From positions 1-39,245 of the forward strand of contig JANOEG010000082.1 in the NCBI GenBank assembly GCA_031413095.1: 39,245 bases of DNA. The letters are read 5' to 3'. Shown one piece after another: positions 1 to 10,252 of the stretch. The position numbers and the translations under genes are program-made. Origin of the DNA: Burkholderiales bacterium. GTDB taxonomy: Bacteria > Pseudomonadota > Gammaproteobacteria > Burkholderiales > Burkholderiaceae_C. The number at the start of each line of letters is the position of its first letter. Position 1 is the first letter of the stretch. The notes under the pieces are model-generated. The model saw nothing but the letters and a program-made list of their open reading frames with translations, made no database searches and was not told where the DNA came from.

Positions 1-645
1 CAGCCGCTGGCGCCAGCGGCGCGGTGGGAGGGCGCCGAGCGCATCGAGCGCGCGCTCGATGCCGGCCGTGGCCTGCTGCTGCGGACGCCGCAACACGGCG
101 CCTTCGAGGTCCTAGCGCAGTCCAAAGCCGAGCGCTTTGGCGCGCGCCAGCCGATGCTGGCGCTGTACCGGCCGGCGCGGCAGGCCTGGTTGCGCGAACT
201 CGAAGAAACGGCGCGCAACCGGCCCGGCCTGCTCACCGCACCGGCCTCGCTGGCCGGTGTGCGGCAGATGCTGCGCGCGCTGCGCCAGGGCCAGACCGTG
301 GGGCTGTTGCCGGATCAGGTGCCGCCCGATGGCATGGGTGTGTGGGCGCCGTTTTTCGGCCAGCGTGCGTACACGATGACCCTGGCCGACAAGCTTTCAC
401 AGCAGACCGGCGCGCCGATGTTGTTGATGTTGGGCGAGCGGCTGCCGCAGGCGCAGGGCTGGCGCATTCGCGTTTTCGACATGCCGGAGGCGTTGCCGGA
501 TCTGAAGACTTTCGGCGGCGATGACGCCGCGCATCAGGTGGCCTGCGCGGCAGTGATGAACCGCGCGATGGAGTTCCTGATTCGACAGTGCCCGGAGCAG
601 TACTTGTGGGGCTATCACCGCTTCAGGGGCCCTCGCGGAACATGA
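1..645 (+). CDS. Lipid A biosynthesis late acyltransferase (LpxL/HtrB/MsbB family), 5' end outside the window
   Basis: Frame 1 is open from base 1 (QPLAPAARWEGAERIERALDAGRGLLLRTPQHGAFEV...) and runs into ORF 154..645. The C-terminal tail ...CPEQYLWGYHRFRG is the conserved end of this family. The stop overlaps the next start (ATGA at 642-645). Confidence 0.85.
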   Translation, partial: QPLAPAARWEGAERIERALDAGRGLLLRTPQHGAFEVLAQSKAERFGARQPMLALYRPARQAWLRELEETARNRPGLLTAPASLAGVRQMLRALRQGQTVGLLPDQVPPDGMGVWAPFFGQRAYTMTLADKLSQQTGAPMLLMLGERLPQAQGWRIRVFDMPEALPDLKTFGGDDAAHQVACAAVMNRAMEFLIRQCPEQYLWGYHRFRGPRGT

Positions 646-1523
646 GTTTCGGTGCCCGCATCGCCATCGGATTGCTCTGGCTCGTGCATTGGCTGCCGGC
701 GAGTTGGCAGTCCGGCATCGGTGCGCTCGTCGGCGCATTTGCGTATCGCCTGGCTGCGGGCCGCAGGCGTATCGCACGGCGCAACCTCGAGTTGTGTTTG
801 CCGGCGCTGGACACACGCGCGCGCGAACGGTTGGTGCGAGACCACTTCCGCTGGTTGGGCAGAAGCATCGTCGAGCGCGGCCTGCTTTGGTACGCGCCGC
901 GCGAACGCGTGATGGGTCTGATCGAAGTGCAGGGTGACGTGAAGTTTGCCGAGCGCAGCGAAGTGCCGGTGATGTGGCTGGTGCCGCATTTCATGGCCCT
1001 TGAAGCCGCTGCCACGGCGGTGCAGTTGTTCCAGTCGCGGCGCGGCGCGACGATCTACCAGAAGCAGAGCAACGTGGTGTTCGATACGGCGGTGCGCGCC
1101 GGACGCGAGCGCTTTGGCGACTCGGCTCTGTTCTCGCGCAAGGACAGCGCCAAGCCGCTGATCCGCGCCATCCGTCGGGACAAGCTCGGTTTCTTCAACC
1201 TGCCCGACATGGACTTCGGTAGGAAGGACGCCGAGTTCGTGCCCTTCTTCGGCGTGCCGGCGGCGACGCTGGTCGCGCCGGCACGCATGGCCAGGATGCT
1301 CGGCATGGTGGTGCAGCCGGTGGTCGCCGAGATGCGCGAAGGTGGCGGCTGGCGCGTCACCTTCCACGAGCCGTGGCAAGGGTGGCCGACCGACGATCCG
1401 GTCGCCGACACGCTGCGCCTGAACCAGTGGATCGAGGCCGAGGTGCGCCGTCACCCGGCGCAGTACCTGTGGGTGCACAAGCGCTTCAAGACGCGGCCGG
1501 TGGGCGAAGCTGGTTTGTATTGA
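642..1523 (+). CDS. Second lipid A late acyltransferase paralogue (LpxL/HtrB family)
   Basis: ORF 588..1523. Start placed at ATG 642 ([20 protein letters not shown]-terminal membrane anchor), which overlaps the upstream stop. Conserved tail [16 protein letters not shown]. Tandem paralogue of the upstream gene. Confidence 0.85.
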   Translation: MSFGARIAIGLLWLVHWLPASWQSGIGALVGAFAYRLAAGRRRIARRNLELCLPALDTRARERLVRDHFRWLGRSIVERGLLWYAPRERVMGLIEVQGDVKFAERSEVPVMWLVPHFMALEAAATAVQLFQSRRGATIYQKQSNVVFDTAVRAGRERFGDSALFSRKDSAKPLIRAIRRDKLGFFNLPDMDFGRKDAEFVPFFGVPAATLVAPARMARMLGMVVQPVVAEMREGGGWRVTFHEPWQGWPTDDPVADTLRLNQWIEAEVRRHPAQYLWVHKRFKTRPVGEAGLY

Positions 1524-1543
1524 GGCTCGATAATGCGCGCTCC

Positions 1544-2398
1544 ATGCGATTGCCCTTCACGAAAATGCAAGGCGCGGGCAACGACTTCGTCGTGCTCGAC
1601 GCCACACGCGCACCGATCGAACTGACGTTGGAGCAGGTACAGCGCCTCGGTGACCGGCGCTTCGGCGTCGGCGCCGATCAGATCCTCGTCGTCGAGAAGA
1701 GCACCACGCCGGGCATCGATTTCCGCTACCGCATTTACAACGGTTTTTCCGGCGACGAGGTCGAGCATTGCGGCAACGGCGCGCGCTGCTTCGTGCGCTA
1801 TGTGCGCGACAAGGGCCTGACCGACAAGACGACGGTGCGTGTCGAGACGGTGAACAACCTGCTCGAGCTGCACTGGCGTGGCGATGGCCGTGTGACGGTC
1901 GACATGAACACACCGGTGTTCGACTTGGAACGCGTGCCGTTCGATGCCAGTGGCTTGACGCCGCGCGAGGTCAACGGTTTCGCGCTCTGGCCCGTCAACT
2001 TCGACGGTCGCACCATCGAACTCGCCGTGCTGTCGATGGGCAACCCGCATGCGGTGTGCCGCGTCGATGACCTGAACCAGGCGCCGGTGGCGACGCTGGG
2101 GCCGCTGATCGAGCACCACGCGCGCTTTGAGCAAAAGGTCAACGCTGGCTTCATGCAGTTGATCTCGCGGCGCGAGATCGCGCTGCGTGTTTATGAGCGC
2201 GGCGCCGGTGAAACGCTGGCCTGCGGCACCGGTGCTTGCGCGGCGGTGGTGGCTGGTGTGCGTGCCGGCTGGCTCGATGCCAACGTCGACGTGCACACGC
2301 GTGGTGGGTTGCTGACGATAGAGTGGGCTGGCGGTGACTCGCACGTGTTCATGACCGGCCCGGCCGAAACGTCTTTTGAGGGAGAGATCGAACTGTGA
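1544..2398 (+). CDS. dapF: Diaminopimelate epimerase
   Basis: ORF 1373..2398, start moved to ATG 1544 ([20 protein letters not shown]). Both catalytic Cys regions are present ([17 protein letters not shown]), as is SMGNPHAV. Confidence 0.95.
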   Translation: MRLPFTKMQGAGNDFVVLDATRAPIELTLEQVQRLGDRRFGVGADQILVVEKSTTPGIDFRYRIYNGFSGDEVEHCGNGARCFVRYVRDKGLTDKTTVRVETVNNLLELHWRGDGRVTVDMNTPVFDLERVPFDASGLTPREVNGFALWPVNFDGRTIELAVLSMGNPHAVCRVDDLNQAPVATLGPLIEHHARFEQKVNAGFMQLISRREIALRVYERGAGETLACGTGACAAVVAGVRAGWLDANVDVHTRGGLLTIEWAGGDSHVFMTGPAETSFEGEIEL

Positions 2399-3096
2399 CC
2401 ACTGCTGTGCCGCAAGGCATTACCGAGAACGACATTGCCGAGTACCTGGCGCACACACCGGCGTTTTTCGAGCGCCACGCCGAGTTGCTGGCGTCGATCC
2501 AGCTGCAAAGCCCGTTCGGCCAGCGCGCGGTGTCGTTGCAGGAGCGGCAGATGGAAATGCTGCGCGACCGCATCAAGGGCCTGGAAAAGAAGATCGTCGA
2601 GATGATCCGCAATGGCCAGGACAACGTCGCCATTGCCGACCGCCTGCACCGCTGGACCCGCGCGTTGATGCTCACGCCCGATGCGTCGCAACTGCCCGAG
2701 GTGCTGCTGCGCGAGTTGCAGCAGCAGTTCCTGGTGCCGCGCGCTGGCCTGCGCATGTGGGGTGTGGATTCCGCCTATGCAGACCTGCCGCAAGCGGCAG
2801 TGGTGAGCGATGACGCCAAGTCTTTTGCCGCCGATCTTGCGCAGCCCTATTGCGGCGCCAACACGGGCACCGAGGCCGTGCGCTGGATGAGCGCGGCCGA
2901 GGGCGACAGTGCCCATGTGGCCTCGCTCGCGCTGGTGCCGCTGCGCCGGTCGAATGCGGACCCGGTGTTCGGCCTGCTCGCGCTCGGCTCGCCCGACCCG
3001 ACGCGCTACAGCGCCGACATGGCGACCGATTTCCTGGCGCGATTGGGCGAGGTCGCGGGGGCCGCGCTGTCGCGCTTGTTGCCGCATCCGGCGTGA
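2395..3096 (+). CDS. DUF484 (YigA-like, GAF-like) protein
   Basis: GTG 2395 overlaps the dapF stop (GTGA). Its position between dapF and xerC reproduces the classic dapF-yigA-xerC arrangement. The N-terminus ...[20 protein letters not shown] is typical of DUF484. Confidence 0.8.
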   Translation: MTTAVPQGITENDIAEYLAHTPAFFERHAELLASIQLQSPFGQRAVSLQERQMEMLRDRIKGLEKKIVEMIRNGQDNVAIADRLHRWTRALMLTPDASQLPEVLLRELQQQFLVPRAGLRMWGVDSAYADLPQAAVVSDDAKSFAADLAQPYCGANTGTEAVRWMSAAEGDSAHVASLALVPLRRSNADPVFGLLALGSPDPTRYSADMATDFLARLGEVAGAALSRLLPHPA

Positions 3097-4061
3097 AGCC
3101 AGAAGAGGGCGCCGCCGCAGTGGCGCCCGCGCTGGCGTCGGAGTTGAGCGCATACCTGCGGCACCTCGAGGTCGAGCGCCGTCTGGCCGTACGCACACGC
3201 GAGATGTATGCGGCCGATTTGCGCCGGCTGCAGATGAGCGCGCACGCCGACGGCGTGGCGCTCGAACAGGTGCAACCGCACCATGTGCGCGGCTGGATGG
3301 CCAGACTGCACCGCGGCGGCCTGGCGCCACGCAGCATCGCGATGATGTTGTCGGCGTGGCGTGGGTTGTACCGCTGGTGGGGCGAGCAAGGCACGGTGGC
3401 CAGCAACCCGGTGGCGGGGGTGCGCGCGCCGAAGGCTGCCAAGCCGCTGCCAAAGGCGCTGTCGGTCGATCATGCAGTGGCATTGGCCAACCACACGCCA
3501 GACGGCGACAGCACGGCGGACAAGCGGCTGGCCGCACGCGACCACGCCATCGTCGAGCTGCTCTACGGCTGCGGCTTGCGCGTCGGTGAGTTGACCGGGC
3601 TGGACCTGCGCGCCGGCCGCGACGCTGCCGGCTGGATCGATGCCGCGGACGCCACCGCGCATGTGCTCGGCAAAGGCAGCAAGCGGCGCAGCGTGCCCGT
3701 GGGCCGTGCGGCGCTACAGGCGCTGGCCGCCTGGGCGGCAGTGCGCGACGAACTTGCCAAGCCGCACGAGCCGGCGCTGTTCGTCAGCCGGCGCGGCACG
3801 CGGCTCGGTGTCGGCCAGTTGCGCTCGCGCCTGAAGCAGGTGGCCGTCGCCGCTGGCGTGCCAACGCATGTGCATCCGCACATGCTGCGCCACAGTTTTG
3901 CATCTCACCTGCTGCAGTCCAGCGGTGACCTGCGCGCGGTGCAGGAACTGCTCGGCCATGCCAACATCGCGACGACGCAGGTCTACACGCGGCTGGACTT
4001 CCAGCACCTGGCCAAGGTCTATGACGCTGCGCACCCGCGGGCGAAGAAGCGCAGCGGCTGA
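3093..4061 (+). CDS. xerC: Tyrosine site-specific recombinase XerC
   Basis: ORF 2850..4061. Start set to in-frame GTG 3093, overlapping the DUF484 stop (GTGA), giving 322 aa. The C-terminal catalytic region HMLRHSFASHLL...LLGHANIATTQVYTRL carries the R-H-R-Y signature. Synteny with dapF supports the call. Confidence 0.9.
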   Translation: MKPEEGAAAVAPALASELSAYLRHLEVERRLAVRTREMYAADLRRLQMSAHADGVALEQVQPHHVRGWMARLHRGGLAPRSIAMMLSAWRGLYRWWGEQGTVASNPVAGVRAPKAAKPLPKALSVDHAVALANHTPDGDSTADKRLAARDHAIVELLYGCGLRVGELTGLDLRAGRDAAGWIDAADATAHVLGKGSKRRSVPVGRAALQALAAWAAVRDELAKPHEPALFVSRRGTRLGVGQLRSRLKQVAVAAGVPTHVHPHMLRHSFASHLLQSSGDLRAVQELLGHANIATTQVYTRLDFQHLAKVYDAAHPRAKKRSG

Positions 4062-4067
4062 GCTGGA

Positions 4068-4628
4068 CTACTTCGCGCCCTCGCGGTTGGCGGCGATGGC
4101 GATGTCGCTGCCTTTCTCGGCCTTGTTCACATGCACTTGCAGCGAGCTCTTGGCCTTCTCGTCGACCAAGGTCAGTGATGCGCCTTCGTTGTGGCTCATG
4201 TCCATGAACTGCTTGCCTTCAGACATGGCCTTCAACTTGTCGCGGTAGAAGGCGGCCACCTTGTCCGGCGCGTCGTCGCTGTGCAGCCCCATCTGCAGGG
4301 TGCTGCTGGTGCCGCTGACGAGGCGCATCGACGAGCCTTCGGTCGGCTTGCTGCCGGGGTAGAACGGCAGGCCCAGATCGGCTTCGCTGATCTTCGCGTT
4401 GCCCATTTCCATCTGCGTCGTCTTGCCCGACGCGTCGGTGGTGCTCATCTTCATGCCGCCTTGCGACAGGTCGACCTTGGCGGTGCTGCCGTCCTTGGCC
4501 ATCGACGACTCGATGGCCTTCTCGACCATCTTTTCGCTGGTTTTTTCCTGTACCTTGCCGCAGCTGGTGAGCGACAGTGCGAGCAGTGCAACGAGGGGTA
4601 CCACGGGTACTGAGGCGAGGCGATTCAT
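4068..4628 (-). CDS. Met/Lys-rich lipoprotein of unknown function
   Basis: 186-aa ORF. Signal peptide plus lipobox MNRLASVPVVPLVALLALSLTS-C. The mature part is hydrophilic and K/E/S/M-rich (MKMSTTD, QMEMG, FMDMSH). I recognise no family. Confidence 0.7.
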   Translation of the reverse strand: MNRLASVPVVPLVALLALSLTSCGKVQEKTSEKMVEKAIESSMAKDGSTAKVDLSQGGMKMSTTDASGKTTQMEMGNAKISEADLGLPFYPGSKPTEGSSMRLVSGTSSTLQMGLHSDDAPDKVAAFYRDKLKAMSEGKQFMDMSHNEGASLTLVDEKAKSSLQVHVNKAEKGSDIAIAANREGAK

Positions 4629-4719
4629 GGTCGTCCTCCAGGGTTGTGGAGTGCCGATGGTCTGCCCGCGCGGCAGCCCCGGCCATCCCTATGCTGCGCC
4701 CGGCGGCACGCATCGGACA

Positions 4720-5910
4720 ATGCCGGTCATGAAATCGATCCGCTTGCGCGAAGGCAAGGAGCGCTCGCTCTTGAAGCGCCATCCCTGGGTGTTTGCCGGC
4801 AGCGTCGATCGCGGCGGCGGGGACAGCGGCGAGACGGTGCGCGTGGAGAGCAGCGATGGCCGCTTTCTCGCCTGGGCGGCGTACAGCGCGCGCTCGCAGA
4901 TCCGCCTGCGCGCCTGGAGTTTCGACGAGGCCGAGCGCATCGATGCCGCGTTCTTCGAGCGTCGTGTGGCGGCGGCCGTGGCGTTGCGTGCGCGCATGGC
5001 GATTCAAAGCGACGGCGTGCGGCTGATTCACGGTGAGGCGGACGGGCTGCCGGGGTTGATCGTCGACCGCTACGCCGACACGCTGGTAGCGCAGTTCCTG
5101 TCTGCCGGCAGCGAGCGCTGGAAGGCGGAAATCGCGGATGCGTTGCTCGCGGTCACTGGCTGCACGCGGCTGTACGAGCGTTCGGACTCCGGCGTGCGCA
5201 AGTTGGAGGGGCTGGCCGCCGTCACGGGCTGGCTGCGTGGCGACGGCGACACCGGCGTGACGATCCGCGAGCACGGCTGGCAGCTCACGCTCGACGTGCA
5301 CGAAGGCCACAAGACCGGCTTCTACCTCGACCAGCGCGACAACCGCGCGCGCTTTGCGCAATGGGTCCAACAGTTCGGCGCGCAGCGCGTGCTCAACTGC
5401 TATTGCTACACGGGCGGGTTTTCGGTGGCGGCGTTGGCAGGTGGTGCTGCGCAGGTGGTCAGCGTCGATTCCTCCGCGCCGGCCCTCGAACGCGCCCGCG
5501 CGAATGTGGCTGGCAACGGTTTCGACGCCTCACGCACCGAGTTCGCCGACGCCGACGTCAACGCCTACCTGCGCGCGCAGCTCGAAGCTGGCACGAGCTT
5601 CGACGCGATCGTGCTCGACCCGCCCAAGTTCGCGCCGACGGCCGCGCACGCCGAGCGCGCCGCTCGCGCCTACAAGGACATCAATCGCCTGGCCTTGAAG
5701 CTTCTTGCGCCGGGCGGCCTGTTGCTGACGTTCTCCTGCTCCGGAGGCGTCGGCGCCGAGCTGTTCCACAAGATCGTCGCCGGAGCCGGCATCGACGCCG
5801 GTGTCGATGCGGCGCTGATCGCGCGGCTCGAAGCCGCCTGCGATCACCCGACGACGCTGTGGTTTCCCGAGGGCGAGTACCTCAAGGGCCTGGCCTTGCT
5901 GAAGCGATAG
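4720..5910 (+). CDS. rlmI: Class I SAM-dependent 23S rRNA (m5C1962) methyltransferase RlmI-like, PUA domain plus MTase
   Basis: ORF 4399..5910, start moved to ATG 4720 (alternative 4729): MPVMKSIRLREGKERSLLKRHPWVF (PUA/EEHEE N-terminus). SAM-binding block VLNCYCYTGGFSVAA and the DPPKF motif are present. About 396 aa, as for RlmI. Confidence 0.85.
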   Translation: MPVMKSIRLREGKERSLLKRHPWVFAGSVDRGGGDSGETVRVESSDGRFLAWAAYSARSQIRLRAWSFDEAERIDAAFFERRVAAAVALRARMAIQSDGVRLIHGEADGLPGLIVDRYADTLVAQFLSAGSERWKAEIADALLAVTGCTRLYERSDSGVRKLEGLAAVTGWLRGDGDTGVTIREHGWQLTLDVHEGHKTGFYLDQRDNRARFAQWVQQFGAQRVLNCYCYTGGFSVAALAGGAAQVVSVDSSAPALERARANVAGNGFDASRTEFADADVNAYLRAQLEAGTSFDAIVLDPPKFAPTAAHAERAARAYKDINRLALKLLAPGGLLLTFSCSGGVGAELFHKIVAGAGIDAGVDAALIARLEAACDHPTTLWFPEGEYLKGLALLKR

Positions 5911-6370
5911 CGCGCACGTCGATGCGCGTGTCGAACTTGGCGCGCTTGGTGGCGAAGAACGTCTTCACGTTGCGCACGTTGGCGTGCTGCGTGAACAGGC
6001 GGGCGGCCGCGTTGTTGTAGGCGGCCATGTCGGCCACCCAGAGCACAAGCACGAAATCAGGGCCGGGGCTGACGCGCCAACACTGTTGGACCGCAGCGTC
6101 GGCGACCGCGATGGCTTCGAACGCATCCAGATGCTCAACGCCCTGGCGGTCGAGCTGCACTTCCACCAGCGCCTGCAAGCCGCCGACCACCGACGGCGCG
6201 AGCAGCGCCACCCTGCGCTCGATGACGCCGTCGTCCGCAAGTCGCCGCACGCGCCGCAGGCCGGTGGCTGCCGACACGCTCACGGCGGCCGCGAGGTCCT
6301 GGTTGGTCAGTGAAGCATCGCCCTGCAGCAGCTCCAGCAAACGGAGATCGATCTCATCAAGCGAAATCAT
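5882..6370 (-). CDS. Lrp/AsnC family transcriptional regulator
   Basis: 162 aa. MISLDEIDLRLLELLQGDASLTNQDLAAAVSVSAATGLRRVRRLADDGVI is an HTH_AsnC N-terminus followed by a RAM-type C-terminal domain. Divergent from glmS. Confidence 0.9.
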   Translation of the reverse strand: MISLDEIDLRLLELLQGDASLTNQDLAAAVSVSAATGLRRVRRLADDGVIERRVALLAPSVVGGLQALVEVQLDRQGVEHLDAFEAIAVADAAVQQCWRVSPGPDFVLVLWVADMAAYNNAAARLFTQHANVRNVKTFFATKRAKFDTRIDVRAIASARPGP

Positions 6371-6527
6371 TAGCCAGAAAATATGTTGTTGAAGAAAGTT
6401 TATTCCACTAAAAGCAGTTGATGAAATTTTATTTCTAGAAGGCGTTAATTATTGATCGCATGCTTCGATCGACAGTGCCTACGCTTCGCTCTTTCATCCC
6501 CTCCACGCAACGAGAGACATCAACACC
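6371..6527. promoter_or_regulatory. AT-rich divergent promoter/operator region between lrp-family gene and glmS
   Basis: 6371-6455 is strikingly AT-rich in a GC-rich window (aaaatatgttgttgaagaaagtttattccactaaaagcagttgatgaaattttatttctagaa). It contains the short inverted repeat GATCG-N7-CGATC. Lrp-type regulators bind AT-rich sites. Confidence 0.4.
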
Positions 6528-8393
6528 ATGTGCGGCATCGTCGGCGCGGTCAGCGCGCGAAACATCGTCCCGATCCTGGTCGAAGGCCTGAAGCGGCTCG
6601 AATACCGCGGCTACGACTCCTGCGGCGTCGCCGTGCACCAGGGCGGTCAGTTGCGGCGCGCCCGCAGCACCGCCCGCGTGGCCGAGCTCGAAGCACAGGT
6701 GGCCGCCGAGAAGATCGACGCCGGCACCGGCATCGCCCACACGCGCTGGGCCACGCATGGCGCGCCGGCGGTGGCCAACGCGCACCCGCACTTTTCGCCC
6801 GGCGCGCGCGCCGCGACCGACGCCGAGGGGCGCATCGCGCTGGTCCACAACGGCATCATCGAAAACCACGACGAGCTGCGCGCCGAGCTGCAAGCCAAGG
6901 GCTTCGTCTTCACCAGCCAGACCGACACCGAGGTCATCGCGCACCTGGTGGCCGAGCTCTACCAGGGCGATCTGTTCGAGGCGGTGCAGCAGGCCGTGCC
7001 GCGTTTGAAAGGCGCGTTCGCGATTGCCGTGTTCTGCCGCGACGAGCCGCACCGCGTGGTCGGCGCGCGCGAAGGCTCGCCGCTGGTGCTCGGCGTGGGC
7101 GAGGGTGAGACTTTTCTGGCCAGCGACGCGATGGCGCTGGCCGGCGTCACCGACCGCATCGTCTACCTCGAAGAGGGCGATGTCGTCGATGTGCAGATGG
7201 GCAAGCACTGGATCGTCGGCCGAAGTGAAGGACGGGCTGACGGCAACCTGCGCCCGGTCGATCGCCCGGTGCGCGTCGTGCAGGCGCACAGCGGCGCGGC
7301 CGACCTCGGCCCCTATCGCCACTACATGCAGAAAGAAGTCTTCGAGCAGCCGAAGGCGATCGCCGACACGCTCGACGCGGTGCAGAATGTCAGCCCCGAA
7401 CTGTTCGGCGACGGCGCGTACTCGGCCTTCAAGGCCATCGACCAGGTGCTGATCCTGGCCTGCGGCACGAGCTACTACGCGGGCCTGGTGGCCAAGCAAT
7501 GGATCGAGTCGATCGCCGCGATTCCGACGCATGTCGAGATCGCCAGCGAATACCGCTACCGCGACAGCGTGCCCAACCCGCGCACGCTGGTCGTCACCAT
7601 CACCCAGAGTGGCGAGACGGCTGACACCCTTGCCGCGTTGAAACACGCCCGCTCGCTCGGCATGACGACGACGCTGACGGTGTGCAACGTCGCCACCAGC
7701 GCGATGGTGCGCGAATGCAAGTTCGCCTACCTCACCCGCGCCGGCGTTGAAGTGGGCGTGGCCTCGACCAAAGCCTTCACGACGCAACTCGTCGGCCTGT
7801 ACCTGCTGGCGCTCGCGTTGGCGCAGACGCGCGGCCGCCTCACCGACGCACAGGAACACGAGCAGTTGAAAGCGCTGCGCCACTTGCCGACGGCGGTGCA
7901 GGCCGTGCTCGCGCTCGAGCCGCAGATCGTGGCCTGGTCACAGGCCTTCACGAGCAAGGAGCATGCGCTGTTCCTCGGCCGCGGCCTGCACTACCCGGTG
8001 GCACTCGAAGGCGCGCTGAAGTTGAAGGAGATCAGCTACATCCACGCCGAGGCCTACCCAGCCGGCGAGTTGAAGCACGGCCCGCTGGCGCTCGTCACGT
8101 CGGCGATGCCGGTGGTGACGATCGCGCCCAACGACAAGCTGCTCGAAAAGCTGAAGAGCAATCTGCAGGAGGTGCGCGCCCGAGGCGGCGAGCTCTACGT
8201 ATTTGCCGATGCCGACACGCGCATCGAAAACGCGCCGGGCATGCATGTCATCCGTATGCCCGAGCACTACGGGCCCTTGAGCCCTATCCTGCACACGGTG
8301 CCGCTGCAGTTGCTGGCGTATCACACGGCGGTGGCGCGAGGCACCGATGTCGACAAGCCGCGCAACTTGGCGAAGAGCGTCACCGTCGAGTGA
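6528..8393 (+). CDS. glmS: Glutamine--fructose-6-phosphate aminotransferase (isomerizing)
   Basis: 621 aa. N-terminal nucleophile MCGIVG, two SIS domains, and the invariant C-terminus [13 protein letters not shown]. Confidence 0.97.
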   Translation: MCGIVGAVSARNIVPILVEGLKRLEYRGYDSCGVAVHQGGQLRRARSTARVAELEAQVAAEKIDAGTGIAHTRWATHGAPAVANAHPHFSPGARAATDAEGRIALVHNGIIENHDELRAELQAKGFVFTSQTDTEVIAHLVAELYQGDLFEAVQQAVPRLKGAFAIAVFCRDEPHRVVGAREGSPLVLGVGEGETFLASDAMALAGVTDRIVYLEEGDVVDVQMGKHWIVGRSEGRADGNLRPVDRPVRVVQAHSGAADLGPYRHYMQKEVFEQPKAIADTLDAVQNVSPELFGDGAYSAFKAIDQVLILACGTSYYAGLVAKQWIESIAAIPTHVEIASEYRYRDSVPNPRTLVVTITQSGETADTLAALKHARSLGMTTTLTVCNVATSAMVRECKFAYLTRAGVEVGVASTKAFTTQLVGLYLLALALAQTRGRLTDAQEHEQLKALRHLPTAVQAVLALEPQIVAWSQAFTSKEHALFLGRGLHYPVALEGALKLKEISYIHAEAYPAGELKHGPLALVTSAMPVVTIAPNDKLLEKLKSNLQEVRARGGELYVFADADTRIENAPGMHVIRMPEHYGPLSPILHTVPLQLLAYHTAVARGTDVDKPRNLAKSVTVE

Positions 8394-8447
8394 CGTGCAC
8401 TTTGTTCGAAAGCGCGCGTTTGGCGACGATCCGCCCAGGACTCGAAC

Positions 8448-10184
8448 CTACCCGATCAACGGATCGATCTCATCATGTGAGCGCGATGGCGAACTGGCCG
8501 ACTGGGCCCCGTCACCCACAGTCTCGCCGATGACGCGGTTGCGCCCTTCGCGCTTGGCGCGGTAGAGCAGCGCATCGGCCCGCGCCACGGCCTGTTCGAA
8601 GGACTCGTCGGGCCGGCTCGCGACCACACCGGCACTGATGGTCACCGCGAGACCTGGAGACAGGGCTTGCCAGTCATGCAACTCGACCTCGCGGCGCAGG
8701 CGTTCCGTGGCTGCACACGCGGCGGCCAGGCCGGTGTGCGGCAGCAGCAGGGCGAACTCCTCGCCGCCCCAGCGGCCGATGCGGTCGAGTCCGCGCAGAC
8801 CGGCGCCGAGCACCGCGGCCACACGCTGCAACGCCCGGTCACCGACGACGTGCGAGTGCTTGTCGTTGACCTCCTTGAAGTGGTCGATGTCCACCATCAC
8901 CATGGACAGCTCAGGCGCCCCAGACCGCAACTCTGCCCAGCTCGAGTCGAGAGCCCGGCGATTGAGCACGCCGGTGAGCGAATCCGTGCTCGCCAGCCGG
9001 CGGATGTCCTCGACGCGGCGCAAGAGCCCATCGTTTGCTTCGCGCAGTTCGGTGTTGTGCAGGCGCAGCGTCTGCGCCGTCACCTGGCGCACGAGGCCGG
9101 CGACTTGCGTGTCCAGCAAGGCCAGCGTGTTGCGCGTCAGCCGAGCATGCAATTCGGCCAGCAAAGTCAGCGCTCGGGCGTCGCCGCCGCACAGCTGCTC
9201 GGCGCGCCAAAGATCATGCAGGCTTGGAAGGGGGCGCTGCGCGCTGGGGCCCGGCATGTCGCGCTCCAACAGCTGCCGCGCCCTGGTGGCAGCACCTTGC
9301 GCACCGGCGCGGTCGCCGCTGCGATCAAGTGCTCGTGCCAACTCGAGCTGCGCCGCGCCAACCGCTGCCACTGGAAAGTCGCCGCTCTCGGCCAGCGCCG
9401 CCTCGAGTTGGCGGCGGCCGTCGTCGTAGCGGCCTGAGCGCCACGCAACGCCTCCGATCGCGTGGCCGGCCAGGAAGCGCAACCAGGGCGAAGGCAGCGC
9501 GGCCAGTCGGGCGGACAACTCGCCGACCACGGCTGCGGCGTCTTCCAGCAGCCTCGCCGCGGCCTCCGGGGCGATGCCGACAAGGTCATCGTGGGCACGA
9601 AGACTGGTCTCGACGAAGTTTGCCTGTGACATCGTCAGGCCGGCGCCGCCGGTGGCGTCATGATGGCGGTCGGCGTCGATCGCGGCGCGCCAGGCGTCCA
9701 CGGCATGACGCCACAGGCCGAGTGCGCGATAGGTGATTGCCACGCCGAAGTAGACGGTCCGACGCACCTCCGCTGGAGCACCGTCATTGAGCAGGCTCAG
9801 CGCGTGATTGACCGCGTCGATGGCCCCGCTGACTTGCTCCAGGCGCCCGCGCACGGCCGCCGTTACCACCCATAGCGCCGGCTGCAACACGCCACCGGCG
9901 CCACTGCTCGCGTCGTTCAGCGCCCGCGCGCACCAGGTTTCAGCATCACCGAGCCGGTCGAGGTTGAACAGGGCTTTGGCAGCCACCAGGCCTGCTTCAG
10001 CAGCCAGGCCGGCGCGGTTGGCGGCCTTGGCCTGCGTGTACAAGTCCGCCGCCCCGGCTGCCGTGTCGTGCCAGCGGCCGGCAGGCAGTTCTGCTTGCAG
10101 CCGAGCAAGCCGCTCGCCCAACACATCTGTCAGCGTCGATTCTGTCGCAGCCAGCGGTCCTCGCGGCGGCACGTTGAGTGGCAT
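8448..10184 (-). CDS. Diguanylate cyclase: Ala-rich TPR-like N-terminal region plus GGDEF domain
   Basis: 578 aa. Active-site GGEEF lies in ...RGLDRIGRWGGEEFALLLP. An RxxD (RGLD) sits five residues upstream of the GG, which is the canonical I-site spacing. No TM segments or signal peptide. Confidence 0.9.
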   Translation of the reverse strand: MPLNVPPRGPLAATESTLTDVLGERLARLQAELPAGRWHDTAAGAADLYTQAKAANRAGLAAEAGLVAAKALFNLDRLGDAETWCARALNDASSGAGGVLQPALWVVTAAVRGRLEQVSGAIDAVNHALSLLNDGAPAEVRRTVYFGVAITYRALGLWRHAVDAWRAAIDADRHHDATGGAGLTMSQANFVETSLRAHDDLVGIAPEAAARLLEDAAAVVGELSARLAALPSPWLRFLAGHAIGGVAWRSGRYDDGRRQLEAALAESGDFPVAAVGAAQLELARALDRSGDRAGAQGAATRARQLLERDMPGPSAQRPLPSLHDLWRAEQLCGGDARALTLLAELHARLTRNTLALLDTQVAGLVRQVTAQTLRLHNTELREANDGLLRRVEDIRRLASTDSLTGVLNRRALDSSWAELRSGAPELSMVMVDIDHFKEVNDKHSHVVGDRALQRVAAVLGAGLRGLDRIGRWGGEEFALLLPHTGLAAACAATERLRREVELHDWQALSPGLAVTISAGVVASRPDESFEQAVARADALLYRAKREGRNRVIGETVGDGAQSASSPSRSHDEIDPLIG

Positions 10185-10252
10185 GTCGACTGGCCCCGCG
10201 TGTTCAGAAGTTCAACGTGCCTTCGAGATCACCTCGATAGCTCGTGCCGCGA

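Noticed and set aside
3093-4061. Tyrosine recombinase as the integrase of a mobile element or genomic island
   Set aside because: It is embedded in the conserved dapF-DUF484-xerC arrangement with overlapping start/stop codons. It has XerC-type length and motifs. No flanking att repeats, tRNA gene or phage genes are present.
8394-8447. Tn7-like insertion at the attTn7 position downstream of glmS
   Set aside because: The glmS stop is followed by only 54 bp before the convergent GGDEF gene. There are no tnsABCDE-like ORFs, terminal repeats or other transposon features. The site appears unoccupied.
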